NCBI GenBank assembly: GCA_046351255.1
Contig: JAXLYU010000014.1
Span: 123,730 to 187,729 of the forward strand
Origin: Labilithrix sp.
Lineage (GTDB): Bacteria > Myxococcota_A > Polyangia > Polyangiales > Polyangiaceae
Length of the DNA stretch: 64,000 bases
Direction: 5' to 3'
Part shown: positions 27,661 through 36,668 of the stretch, piece after piece
Layout: each line of letters starts with the position of its first letter
Position numbering within the stretch: the stretch's first letter is position 1
Made by a program: the position numbers and the translations under genes
Notes under the pieces: generated by a model
Seen by the model: only the letters and a program-made list of their open reading frames with translations
Told to the model about the DNA's origin: nothing
Database searches by the model: none

Positions 27661-28926
27661 TCACGGCTTCGGGCGGAGCTCCGCCATGAGGAGGTGGAAG
27701 TAGCGCCGTGTCAGGCCCGAGGCGGCCGCCGCACGCGTCACGTTGCCATCATGCTGTGAGAGCGCGCGCTCGACGTAGCGGCGCTCGAGCTCGCGAACGA
27801 CGAGCTGCCGCGCGGCGGCGAGCGGGAGATCCAGCTCGAGTGTCTTCGCGATGACGTTCTCGCGGAGCGCGCTCGGCGTCGCGTGCGCAGTGAGCTTCGA
27901 CCCATACTCCTCCGCCGCGTCCGGTCCCAGCGCGACGGCACGGGCGATCGCGCTCTGCAGCTCGCGGACGTTTCCGGGCCATGATGCACGCGCGAGCTTG
28001 ACGAGGAGCGGCGCGGGTGGCTCGAGGTTTGGCGCGTAGATCGACCAGAAGTGCTGGGCGAGCAGGGCGACATCGCCATGACGCCGGCGGAGCGGAGGCA
28101 TCTCGATCCGCGCGCCCGCGAGGCGATACATGAGATCCTCGCGTAGGCGACCATCCTGCACGTCGCGATCGGTGTCCCGGCGCGCGCTCGCGATCACGCG
28201 CACTCGTTGCGCTCGAGGCTCGTCCACGAGTCGGACGAGCGAGGCCTGCGCCTCCGCTTCGAGATCGCCGATCTCGGACAAGACGAGGGTGCCTCCCGCA
28301 GCGCGGGCGAAGGCGCTCGCGAGGTCCTCCGCGCTCGAGGCGGCGCATTCGACGACCACGAACGGCCCAGCCGCCGTGGCACCGGCCTCGTGGATCGCCT
28401 CCGCCAGGAGCTCTTTCCCCGTGCCGGTCTCGCCCTCGATGATGAGCGGTAGGTCCGATCCAGCGAGCTTCTCCGCCACCTCGAAGACGCGCTGCATCTC
28501 GAAGCTGGCCCCGACGACTCGGCCGAAGCCGCGCCGCGAGCTCGGGAGCACAGGCGCGGCGATCGGAGCTCGCGCAATGCGGAGCTGCGTGTCGCCGATC
28601 ACGATGAGCTCACCTCCGGCGAGGAGCGCCTGCACGATCCTCAGACCGCCCACCGCGGTGCCGTTGCTCGAGCCGAGATCGGTCGCGCGGAGGAGCGCCG
28701 CCGCCGGTGCGATCTCGAGGTGGCGGCGCGACACCCGGAGATCGCGTAGGCGAAGATCGCAGAGCGGACCTTGGCCGATCAGGTAGGACGACCGCTTCGA
28801 CCAATCGAGGAGCAGGGACTGTCCTGCGTCGACGCCGTGGGTGACCCGCAGGATGAAGACCGGCGCGGGGGAGCCGTCGTCTGCCAGCGGGCCATCGGTC
28901 ATCGTCAGCAGCTCTCCGCTCACCAT
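27661..28926 (-). CDS. FHA-domain sigma54-type enhancer-binding protein with deleted GAFTGA segment and Fis-type HTH (module A)
   Basis: N-terminal FHA (RSSYLIGQGPLCDLRLRDLRVSRRHLEI...SSNGT), AAA+ Walker A GETGTGKE, Walker B/arginine-finger regions, C-terminal HTH LSQHDGNVTRAAAASGLTRRYF; relative to the paralogue at 47267 the [15 protein letters not shown] stretch is missing. Confidence 0.8.
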   Translation of the reverse strand: MVSGELLTMTDGPLADDGSPAPVFILRVTHGVDAGQSLLLDWSKRSSYLIGQGPLCDLRLRDLRVSRRHLEIAPAAALLRATDLGSSNGTAVGGLRIVQALLAGGELIVIGDTQLRIARAPIAAPVLPSSRRGFGRVVGASFEMQRVFEVAEKLAGSDLPLIIEGETGTGKELLAEAIHEAGATAAGPFVVVECAASSAEDLASAFARAAGGTLVLSEIGDLEAEAQASLVRLVDEPRAQRVRVIASARRDTDRDVQDGRLREDLMYRLAGARIEMPPLRRRHGDVALLAQHFWSIYAPNLEPPAPLLVKLARASWPGNVRELQSAIARAVALGPDAAEEYGSKLTAHATPSALRENVIAKTLELDLPLAAARQLVVRELERRYVERALSQHDGNVTRAAAASGLTRRYFHLLMAELRPKP

Positions 28927-28952
28927 GACCGAATGCTATCGTGCGACCGGCG

Positions 28953-30032
28953 ATGCTCGCGCGCCGGCTTCTTCTCCCGCTCGCCTTCTCCACGGCCGCG
29001 TGCGCGCTCCTGACGAGCTTCGATGGGTTCGACGAGCCGAAGACCCAGCGCGACGACGGGGGCAGCCTGGAGCTCGACGCAGGCGTCGAGGCGGCGTCGA
29101 GCTGCCACAAGCAAGTCCCCGATCCTCCGCGCACCGGCGGCTCGAGCAAGAACGCGGGCTCCTTCGTCGCGGCCGCGCGCTCGATGACCTTCGTCGGCTC
29201 TCCCGGTTTCGATCTGGACGTCGCCTGCACGTGCCCCGCACCGGCGAGCTGTCGAGGCGCGAAACCGGACCAGCCCTGCGATGCAGACGGCGGCGTCGAC
29301 AACGCGGCTGCCGACCTCTTTGCGTTCGCCTCCGTGTTCCTCGACGGCGGTCTCGACGAGTCCGGGCTCGCGCTCGGCCTCAGCCGGGGACGTTACGGCC
29401 TTCTCTTCAAGATCGATGGCTGGAACGGGGAGCGCAACGACGATGCGGTCGCGGTGTCGTTCGCGAACGCGTTCGACGTCGTTCCAGAGGGCGCCGGTGC
29501 GCGCTTCGACGGTAGCGATGTCTGGCGCGTCGACGAAGAGAGCTACATCCCGAACAGCACCATCCCGGCCTACCCGGCCGAGAGCTGGGTGAAGGATGGC
29601 GTCCTCGTCGCGCGGTTCGTTCGTCTCCCGCTCAAGCTGAGAATCCCCACCGTGAATGATCGCTGGCTGCTCCTCCCCGTGGCCATCGAGGACGCGACCA
29701 TGAGCGCTCGTCTCGAGGCGGGCGGCGGCGGCGTCACTCTCACGAAGGGTGAGCTCGGCGGCCGCCTCTCGATGGCCTCCGTCTTTCGAATCATCCAGAG
29801 CGTCGGTGGTTGCCTCGAACCCGCGAGCGCGACGACCCCCGCGATCGTGTCGAATCTCTGCGCGCGGCGCGACATCATGCTGGCGTCGAAGGACGACAAC
29901 CGCGATCTCGGGTGCGATGCGCTCTCGGTCGGGATCGCCTTCGAGGCCACCCCCGCGAAGGTCGCTGACACGCCGGGCGTCCCGACCGACGAGGCGCCGT
30001 GCGCGAGCGGCGTGCTGCCCACCTGTCCCTGA
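28953..30032 (+). CDS. Secreted hypothetical protein
   Basis: Signal MLARRLLLPLAFSTAACALL; 360 aa; conserved Cys; start only 27 nt from the divergent activator start. Confidence 0.5.
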   Translation: MLARRLLLPLAFSTAACALLTSFDGFDEPKTQRDDGGSLELDAGVEAASSCHKQVPDPPRTGGSSKNAGSFVAAARSMTFVGSPGFDLDVACTCPAPASCRGAKPDQPCDADGGVDNAAADLFAFASVFLDGGLDESGLALGLSRGRYGLLFKIDGWNGERNDDAVAVSFANAFDVVPEGAGARFDGSDVWRVDEESYIPNSTIPAYPAESWVKDGVLVARFVRLPLKLRIPTVNDRWLLLPVAIEDATMSARLEAGGGGVTLTKGELGGRLSMASVFRIIQSVGGCLEPASATTPAIVSNLCARRDIMLASKDDNRDLGCDALSVGIAFEATPAKVADTPGVPTDEAPCASGVLPTCP

Positions 30033-30041
30033 TCCGTTCAT

Positions 30042-31814
30042 TCAGTGGACCCCGCGCTCCCCGGCCGCCGGGTAGACCTTTCCGTCGATCGTCCAGTCGA
30101 TCGGCGTGCGTGCCTTCACGACGGTCTGGATGTCCTCGATCGCTTCGAGCGCGGCGCGACTCGAGAGGCTCCATCGCCCCATATGAGCGGCGGCGGCGCC
30201 GGCCGCGGTGCCGGTGGCCCACTCGATTGGATGGAGCCGCGTCGCCGCGTTGGCGAGGAACGACTGGGCGATCGTCTTCCCCGCGACGAGGAGGTTCGGG
30301 ACATCGCGGTTCGTCAGCGCGCGGAAGGGAATGTAGAAGGGCAGCGTCTCGTGCCCCGCGCTCGCGATGTACGCGGGGTAGCGGCAGCCCGAGAGGCCGT
30401 GGATGTCCATCGCGTAGGAGCCGATCGCGACGCGGTCGAAGAAGCGCTTGCCCGTGATTTGCGAGGCCGGACCGCGGAGGTCGTTCGACGTCAGGACGAA
30501 ATTGTCGAGACCGATCGAGCGGCGGGTGTCACGGACGTACGGCACCTTGGTGAGGCCATGACCAGTCCCGAGCACGGTGTGATCGAGCGAGACCCGCTCT
30601 CCCATCTCCCCGCCCGCTCGTTTGAAGAACGAGTGCCAGCCGTACGCGTGGCGTTCGGCGCCGGCCATGACGGAGAGGTCGACGCCGCCCTTCCAGTCGG
30701 ACGCCTGGGCCCGCGTCGCCGCCTTCGAGAGGAAGAGATATCCGAACGGGTAGTCGTTGCCGGGGTTCCAGTTCTGAAGCGAGAGATCGTTCGTCGCCGC
30801 TCCCGCCGCGCTGCCGCGCACGCGTCGGTAGCGCCAGATCTTGTCCCACTTCTGAGCGGTGGTCTCGTTGGCGCCGACGGAGAGAGAGTAGAACGCGCTC
30901 GACTCGGCGGTCGGCTCCGGAAGCGCCGCCTCGTTCACGGGGCTGGCCTCGAGCTTTTCGACGAGGCCGTACACGATCGCCTGACCGCAGCGGTCGTCGC
31001 CTTCGAGCGCGCCCTCGCGCGGCTCGACGCCCTGAAGATACGACGCGTTCGACAGCGCGAGGAGCTCGCCCCACTCCGTCGCGTCGATGAATACGGCGGG
31101 CCGGTCGTAGCCCGACAGGAGCTCGATCGTCTGCTTGTCATAGCGGGCCGAGGGGGTCGGGTCGTACCAGTCGGGCAGGTCTTCGGAGAGCAGGCGGTCG
31201 TACCCGCCCCATGCGACGCCGCTCTTTGCCGTTCGCTGCACGACGACGAGCTTCTCGATGTCGTGGCCGCGCATGTCGACGCGCTTCGGCACCGCCTGCG
31301 CGAGCACGAGGAGGGTCCCGTTGCGCGTGTATCTCGCGACCAGGCTCCCGAGCGCACCCGTGAGGAGTGACTTCGGCTGGTAGCAGTTCTTGCTCACCCA
31401 GCAGCCGCCTGGGTTCCCCATCGCTTCGGTCATCGCGAAGAAGCTCGGCGTCACGTTCGCGCGGGCCTTGGCCGCAGCGCCCACGTCGAGCGAACCGACT
31501 TTGTGCCATGCCCAGTCGACGGCGCTGACGCCGCTCGCGGTGAGCTGACCGCCGACCCACTCCGTCGGCTCGACGAGGCACGTCCGCGCGCCGCTGTCGG
31601 CGGCCGCCACCGCGGCCGCGATCGCAGCCGTCGTTCCTCCGGCGATCACGACATCGCAGTGCTTGCGCGTCGCGGTGTCGACGGGCTTCGCGGGGAAGCT
31701 GGCGAGCTCCTGCGATGACTCGGAGCTCTCTTCTTCTGGTGGCGGAGGCGCACATCCCATCGCGAGGCAGGAGAGGGAAAGAACGGCAGGCAGGATCGAG
31801 CTCGTACGAGTCAT
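30042..31814 (-). CDS. FAD-dependent oxidoreductase lipoprotein (FAD_oxidored / PF12831-like)
   Basis: Lipobox LSCLAMGCAPPP; dinucleotide fold DVVIAGGTTAAIAAAVAAADSGARTCLVE...GGQLTASGVSA. Confidence 0.7.
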   Translation of the reverse strand: MTRTSSILPAVLSLSCLAMGCAPPPPEEESSESSQELASFPAKPVDTATRKHCDVVIAGGTTAAIAAAVAAADSGARTCLVEPTEWVGGQLTASGVSAVDWAWHKVGSLDVGAAAKARANVTPSFFAMTEAMGNPGGCWVSKNCYQPKSLLTGALGSLVARYTRNGTLLVLAQAVPKRVDMRGHDIEKLVVVQRTAKSGVAWGGYDRLLSEDLPDWYDPTPSARYDKQTIELLSGYDRPAVFIDATEWGELLALSNASYLQGVEPREGALEGDDRCGQAIVYGLVEKLEASPVNEAALPEPTAESSAFYSLSVGANETTAQKWDKIWRYRRVRGSAAGAATNDLSLQNWNPGNDYPFGYLFLSKAATRAQASDWKGGVDLSVMAGAERHAYGWHSFFKRAGGEMGERVSLDHTVLGTGHGLTKVPYVRDTRRSIGLDNFVLTSNDLRGPASQITGKRFFDRVAIGSYAMDIHGLSGCRYPAYIASAGHETLPFYIPFRALTNRDVPNLLVAGKTIAQSFLANAATRLHPIEWATGTAAGAAAAHMGRWSLSSRAALEAIEDIQTVVKARTPIDWTIDGKVYPAAGERGVH

Positions 31815-32063
31815 GGGGGCGTCTCCTACGCGCCGCTCGAGCACACCTCGGACCACACTGTCTGTCTAATGATTTCAAACGGTTATGGCGCGAGGGATCC
31901 GACGGATCTCGGTGGACGGACCAGCGGTCGTCCGCCAGCGGACCCACGCGGATCGTGGACCTGGGATCTGGGAGTTCTCGCTCGACGAAAACCGCGAGGA
32001 AACGTGACAGCCTCGAGCGGCACGGTCCTCGCACCTTTGACCACTCATACCGAGGAGGTCGTC

Positions 32064-33068
32064 ATGAAAGCGATCGCGATGGGGATCATGGTCTCGAGCG
32101 TGCTGGTGGGCTGTGCGACGAACGTCGCGGTCGAAGAGGAGGAGGGGGCGTCGTCGGAGGCGGTGACCGCATGCGTCGCGCCGAGCAAGGACCGCGTCGG
32201 CAACTCCCTGCAATCCGTCTATGACGCGCTCTACCGCCCCGAGACGGGCACCGGGTTCCAGCGCGTGAACAAGGGCGGGCTGCCGAGCGCGATCGCGCAG
32301 AAGTCGTGGTCATCGCCGGTCAGTGTGCCCACGTCGCAGTGGCGCGCGTTCGGCGTCATCAGCACGCCGCTCGAGAAGAAGAACGGCGGTCACGAAGGCG
32401 TCGACATCGGGGTCGGGCGCAATACGCCGGTCAAGGCGGCGGGCGCCGGTACGATCGTCTATCGCCTCAACAGTTGCACGGAGGGGGACCGGTGGTGCGG
32501 CAACGGCTGGGGCAATCACATCGTCGTCGATCACGGCGACCACGTGTTCACCCGGTATGCCCATCTGACGAAGACGTCGGTCGCGCTCGGCGCGAAGGTC
32601 GACGCCGGCGACGTCGTCGGTCTCTCTGGCACGACGGGCCTCAGCGACGGTCCACACCTTCACTTCGAGCTCGGATTTCACGGCGGAGCCCTCGACGGGT
32701 GCGCCCCTCCCCAGAACTTCTGGCAGGACTCCGGCGGCACGCGTGGCGGCGTCTACGACCCGCGCCTTCTCTCCTTCGGCGCCGCGGCGACGCGCGAGAA
32801 TGCGATCGGCAAGTCGTGCCGCATCTCGTCGGGCGGCGACCGCACGAGCAATGTGCGGCCGGAACCGAACAGCACGGCGGCACCCTACGGCGTCGTGCTC
32901 GCGGGGCAGCGCGCGCAGGTGAGGGGCTTCCTCGGCGACTGGGCGAGCATCGAGCGTCTCACGCTCGACGGCACCGGAACGAAGGCGGCCGGGACCGACG
33001 TGGGGGCTGCCGTGGGCCTCACGGCGTTCGTCCACGCGAGCCAGCTCGACCTCGCGGATTGTCACTGA
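32064..33068 (+). CDS. M23 family metallopeptidase (LytM-like) lipoprotein
   Basis: HEGVDIGVGRNTPVKAAGAGTIVY...NHIVVDHGDHVFTRYAHL...GLSGTTGLSDGPHLHFE (HxxxD and HxH zinc motifs); lipobox LVGCA; GAGGAGG RBS before the ATG. Confidence 0.8.
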   Translation: MKAIAMGIMVSSVLVGCATNVAVEEEEGASSEAVTACVAPSKDRVGNSLQSVYDALYRPETGTGFQRVNKGGLPSAIAQKSWSSPVSVPTSQWRAFGVISTPLEKKNGGHEGVDIGVGRNTPVKAAGAGTIVYRLNSCTEGDRWCGNGWGNHIVVDHGDHVFTRYAHLTKTSVALGAKVDAGDVVGLSGTTGLSDGPHLHFELGFHGGALDGCAPPQNFWQDSGGTRGGVYDPRLLSFGAAATRENAIGKSCRISSGGDRTSNVRPEPNSTAAPYGVVLAGQRAQVRGFLGDWASIERLTLDGTGTKAAGTDVGAAVGLTAFVHASQLDLADCH

Positions 33069-33098
33069 GGCTGCGAATTGCTGATACGCTTCGCAGGG

Positions 33099-34385
33099 AT
33101 GGGGCGTCGCTCGGTCGAGATTGCATCTGCGCTTTTTTTCGGCGCCGCGGTGCTCCTTGCCTGCAACTCCATCATCGGCGTCGAGGACGTCCGCCAGAAG
33201 AGCACCACCTACCGCGACGGCGGCAGCTCGGGCAGCAGCGGCGTCGGTGACGACGACGACGACGACGACATCGTGAACCCGATCGACGGCGGGCCCACCG
33301 AGCCATCGCTGCCTGCGCTCGCGCTCGGCGCGTCCCACTCGTGCGCGCGCATGGTCGACGGCACGGTGCGCTGCTGGGGCGAGTCGCGGCTCGGCCAGCT
33401 CGGCGACGGGATCAACCTCGACGGCGGGCCGGAGCCCCAGCCCTCGCTGAAGCCGAAGTCGGTGCCCGGCATCACGGACGCGGTCGCGATCGGCGCAGGC
33501 TCGAACCACACATGCGTCATCCGCACGGGCGGCAAGCTCTCGTGCTGGGGCTTCAATTACAGCGGTCAGCTCGGGACCGGGAACAAGAACACCGCCTCCG
33601 CGCCGGTCGACGTCCCCAACCTCGGCGAGGTCACGGCCGTCGCCGGTGGCGGCACCGCGACCTGCGTGGCGCTCGCGGACAAGACGGCGTCTTGCTGGGG
33701 CGACAATGATTTCGGGCAGCTCGGCGACGGCACCAAGAACGAGTCGTCGAGCCCGGTGAAGGTGAAGGACCTGACCGGCGTGGTCGCGGTCGCGGTCGGC
33801 TCGCTCCACAGCTGCGCCGTCGTCGACGTCGGCGACGTCTACTGCTGGGGCAACAACGACAAGGGCCAGCTCGGCAACGGGAGCACCACGCAGAGCTTGG
33901 TCCCGCAGAAGGTCGGCGGTCTCACCGACGCCGTGCAGGTGGTCGCGGCGGCGAGCTTCTCGTGCGCGCGGCAGAAGAACGGCCGGGTCGCGTGCTGGGG
34001 CAACAACGACGTCGGCCAGCTCGGCAACGGCGTCGCCTCGCCCACGCCGAACCCGTCGCCCATCCTCGTAGCCTCGCTGACCGACGCGGTGTCGCTCGGC
34101 GCGGGGCTGCAACACGCATGCGCCGTTCGCCAGACGGGTGAGGTGGTGTGCTGGGGCGAAGGTGACTGGGGGCAGCTCGGCTCCGGCCGCGACGCGGGCT
34201 CGCCGATGATCGTCACGGTGGCGTCGCTGAAGGACGCGCGCGCGGTGTGGGGCGGCGCGTTCCGCACCTGCGCGGTTCGTGCCGGCGGCAAGGCGCAGTG
34301 CTGGGGCACGAACAACTACGGCGAGCTCGGGGACGGCAGCAAGAACCGCGCGTACCTGCCGGTGGACATCGTCGACTTCCCGTAG
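33099..34385 (+). CDS. RCC1-repeat (ATS1-like) beta-propeller secreted protein
   Basis: Seven or more repeats of hsCalxxDGxvxCWGxNxxGQLGxG (e.g. SHSCARMVDGTVRCWGESRLGQLGDG); poly-Asp linker near the N-terminus. Confidence 0.75.
   Translation: MGRRSVEIASALFFGAAVLLACNSIIGVEDVRQKSTTYRDGGSSGSSGVGDDDDDDDIVNPIDGGPTEPSLPALALGASHSCARMVDGTVRCWGESRLGQLGDGINLDGGPEPQPSLKPKSVPGITDAVAIGAGSNHTCVIRTGGKLSCWGFNYSGQLGTGNKNTASAPVDVPNLGEVTAVAGGGTATCVALADKTASCWGDNDFGQLGDGTKNESSSPVKVKDLTGVVAVAVGSLHSCAVVDVGDVYCWGNNDKGQLGNGSTTQSLVPQKVGGLTDAVQVVAAASFSCARQKNGRVACWGNNDVGQLGNGVASPTPNPSPILVASLTDAVSLGAGLQHACAVRQTGEVVCWGEGDWGQLGSGRDAGSPMIVTVASLKDARAVWGGAFRTCAVRAGGKAQCWGTNNYGELGDGSKNRAYLPVDIVDFP
33249..33269 (+). repeat. 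(GAC)7 trinucleotide repeat encoding DDDDDDD
   Basis: gacgacgacgacgacgacgac read directly inside the RCC1 gene. Confidence 0.6.
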
Positions 34386-34487
34386 CACGCAGATTCTGCG
34401 TCCCGGGGCGGGCGGTAGTGCACGATTTCTGGGCGCAATTCGGCGGCGCGATTAAGCAACAACGAGCGTGTCCGTTCCTTCTGGGGC

Positions 34488-36668
34488 ATGGACCCAGCGA
34501 GCACGACGAACCGTTCGAGCGAGCCGCTCTCCTCCGCGCGACCGCTTCGCTCGGTCGGGACGAAGCTCGCCGGCGCCACGCTCGCGATCCTGAGCGCGGT
34601 CGCGATCGTCCTCTTCCTCTACGTCACCCGCGTCGAGCGTGAGCGGGTCCTCGCCGCGAAGGAGACCACCGGCGTCACCGTGACCGGCCTCTTCGCGCAA
34701 GGCGTCCAGGCGCCCGTCGCCTTCGACGATGCGAACGGCGTGTCGGAGCAGATCGGCCTCTTCCTCTCCGCGCCGAGCGTCGTTCACGCGAGCGTCTACG
34801 GTCTCGACGCGAGCGGCGTCTCGCACGCCCTCGGGAGCGGCGGCGGCGAGAGCCCGGCGCCGGAGTTCGACCTCTCCGTCGAGGGCGCGCTCGCCGGCGG
34901 CGTCCAGCGAGGCCGCGACCAGATCCTCGTGCAGGCGCCCATCCTGTCGCCGGCCGGACGACCGGTGGGCTTCACGCGCGTCGCGTTCTCGCTCGCCGAG
35001 GATCACGCCGCGATCTCACGCATCCAGCGCCGCGCGCTCTGGGGCACCGTCGTCTTCGGCGTCGGGCTCGCGGTCCTCCTCATCGGCCTGAGCCGCCTGC
35101 TCATCGTCCGGCGCCTCGGCGAGCTCGCGTTCGCCGCGCGTCGCCTCCAGCGCGGCGAGCACGTGGAGGTGCAGGTCCGTGGCGACGACGAGGTCGGCTC
35201 GCTCGCCGGCGCGTTCCGCGCGATGTCGTGCGCGATCGAGACCCGCGAGCTCGAGATCAAGCGTCGCAATCGAGATCTCCGCCGCGTCCTCGACAACGTC
35301 GACGCCGGCTTCCTCACCGTCGACCGCGAAGGCGTCATGGCCTCCGAGCGCTCGCGGATCCTCGACGCGTGGTTCGGCCCCGCCGACGGCACCAGCTTCT
35401 TCGACTGGGTGGAGCGCTTCGCGCCCGTCGCCGCGCACACGCTCCGCAACGGCTGGCGCGACATCGCCGACGACTTCATGCCGGTCGAGGTGATCCTCGA
35501 TCAGCTCCCCACGCGCGTGGAGGTCGGCGACCGCACGTTCGCGTTCACCTACGCGCAGATCCTCGAGGGCGAGGCGCTCGCGGGTGTGGTCGTGTCGATC
35601 ACCGACGTGACGGCCGAGGTGCGCCGCACGGCGGCCGAGCGCGCGCAGCGGGAGGCGATGTCCATCTTCCGTCGCCAGCTCGACGACCGCGCCGGCTTCG
35701 CCCGCTTCATCGCCGACGGCGAGCGCATCCTCGAGGGGCTTCGCTCCGGCGAGACGGATCGCACGACGCGGCTCCGGCACCTCCACACCCTCAAGGGCAA
35801 CGCCGCGATCTACGAGCTCGAGAGCATCGCCTCGGCGTGCCATGCGCTCGAGGACCGTCTCGCGGACGAGGGGGGCAACGAGCTCGCGCCCGAGCTCTTC
35901 GCGAAGCTCGAGGGGGCGTGGTCGGACCTCTGCGCGCTCTTCGTCGAGCTCGGCGGCAGCCGCGCCGCGCACCTCGAGCTCACCCTCGCCGAGCATCACG
36001 CGCTCCTCGAAGCGATCCGCGCCGGCGTCTCCACGTCCGAGCTCGAGCGTCGCGTGGCGTCGCTCGCACGCGAGCCGGCGCGCGCGAGCCTGGCGCGGGC
36101 CGCGCAGCAGACGCGCGCCATCGCCCGGCGCCTCGGCAAGCATCACCTTCGCGTGACCATCGCCGTCGCGCCGCCCGAGCTCCGGCTCGACGCCGACACC
36201 TGGAGCCCGATCTGGCTCGCCGTCCCGCACCTCCTCCGCAACGCGCTCGATCACGGGATCGAGTCGGCGGACGTCCGCGAGCGCGCGGGTAAGCCGTCCG
36301 GCGGCGAGATTCGCCTCGCGCTCGAGCAGTCGACCGACGGCCGCTCGATCGCGCTCGTGGTGGCGGACGACGGCGCGGGCATCGACTGGCAAAAGCTCCG
36401 GCGCGTGGCCGAGAAGCGAGGGCTCCCATGCACGAGCGAGAGCGATCTCGTGGCGGCGCTGTTCGCAGACGAGGTCTCGACGCGTGACGAGGTCACGGAG
36501 ACCTCCGGCCGCGGCGTCGGTACGAACGCGGTGCGCGTCGCGGTGGAGGCGGCCGGCGGACGCGTGCGCGTCACGAGCGAGCGCGGGCGGGGCACGACGT
36601 TCACCCTCGAGGTGCCGATCGGGGCCCACGAGCGCTCGAGCGCGAGCGAGGCGTGTCGTGCGGCGTAG
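34488..36668 (+). CDS. Transmembrane sensor kinase: periplasmic domain-HAMP-Hpt-dimerisation-CheA-type HATPase (no CheW-like domain)
   Basis: Two TM helices flanking an approximately 150 aa periplasmic region; HAMP; Hpt motif HTLKGNAAIYELE; CheA N-box HLLRNALDHGIE, G1 DDGAGID, G2 GRGVGT; ends at TAG overlapped by the next gene start. Confidence 0.75.
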   Translation: MDPASTTNRSSEPLSSARPLRSVGTKLAGATLAILSAVAIVLFLYVTRVERERVLAAKETTGVTVTGLFAQGVQAPVAFDDANGVSEQIGLFLSAPSVVHASVYGLDASGVSHALGSGGGESPAPEFDLSVEGALAGGVQRGRDQILVQAPILSPAGRPVGFTRVAFSLAEDHAAISRIQRRALWGTVVFGVGLAVLLIGLSRLLIVRRLGELAFAARRLQRGEHVEVQVRGDDEVGSLAGAFRAMSCAIETRELEIKRRNRDLRRVLDNVDAGFLTVDREGVMASERSRILDAWFGPADGTSFFDWVERFAPVAAHTLRNGWRDIADDFMPVEVILDQLPTRVEVGDRTFAFTYAQILEGEALAGVVVSITDVTAEVRRTAAERAQREAMSIFRRQLDDRAGFARFIADGERILEGLRSGETDRTTRLRHLHTLKGNAAIYELESIASACHALEDRLADEGGNELAPELFAKLEGAWSDLCALFVELGGSRAAHLELTLAEHHALLEAIRAGVSTSELERRVASLAREPARASLARAAQQTRAIARRLGKHHLRVTIAVAPPELRLDADTWSPIWLAVPHLLRNALDHGIESADVRERAGKPSGGEIRLALEQSTDGRSIALVVADDGAGIDWQKLRRVAEKRGLPCTSESDLVAALFADEVSTRDEVTETSGRGVGTNAVRVAVEAAGGRVRVTSERGRGTTFTLEVPIGAHERSSASEACRAA

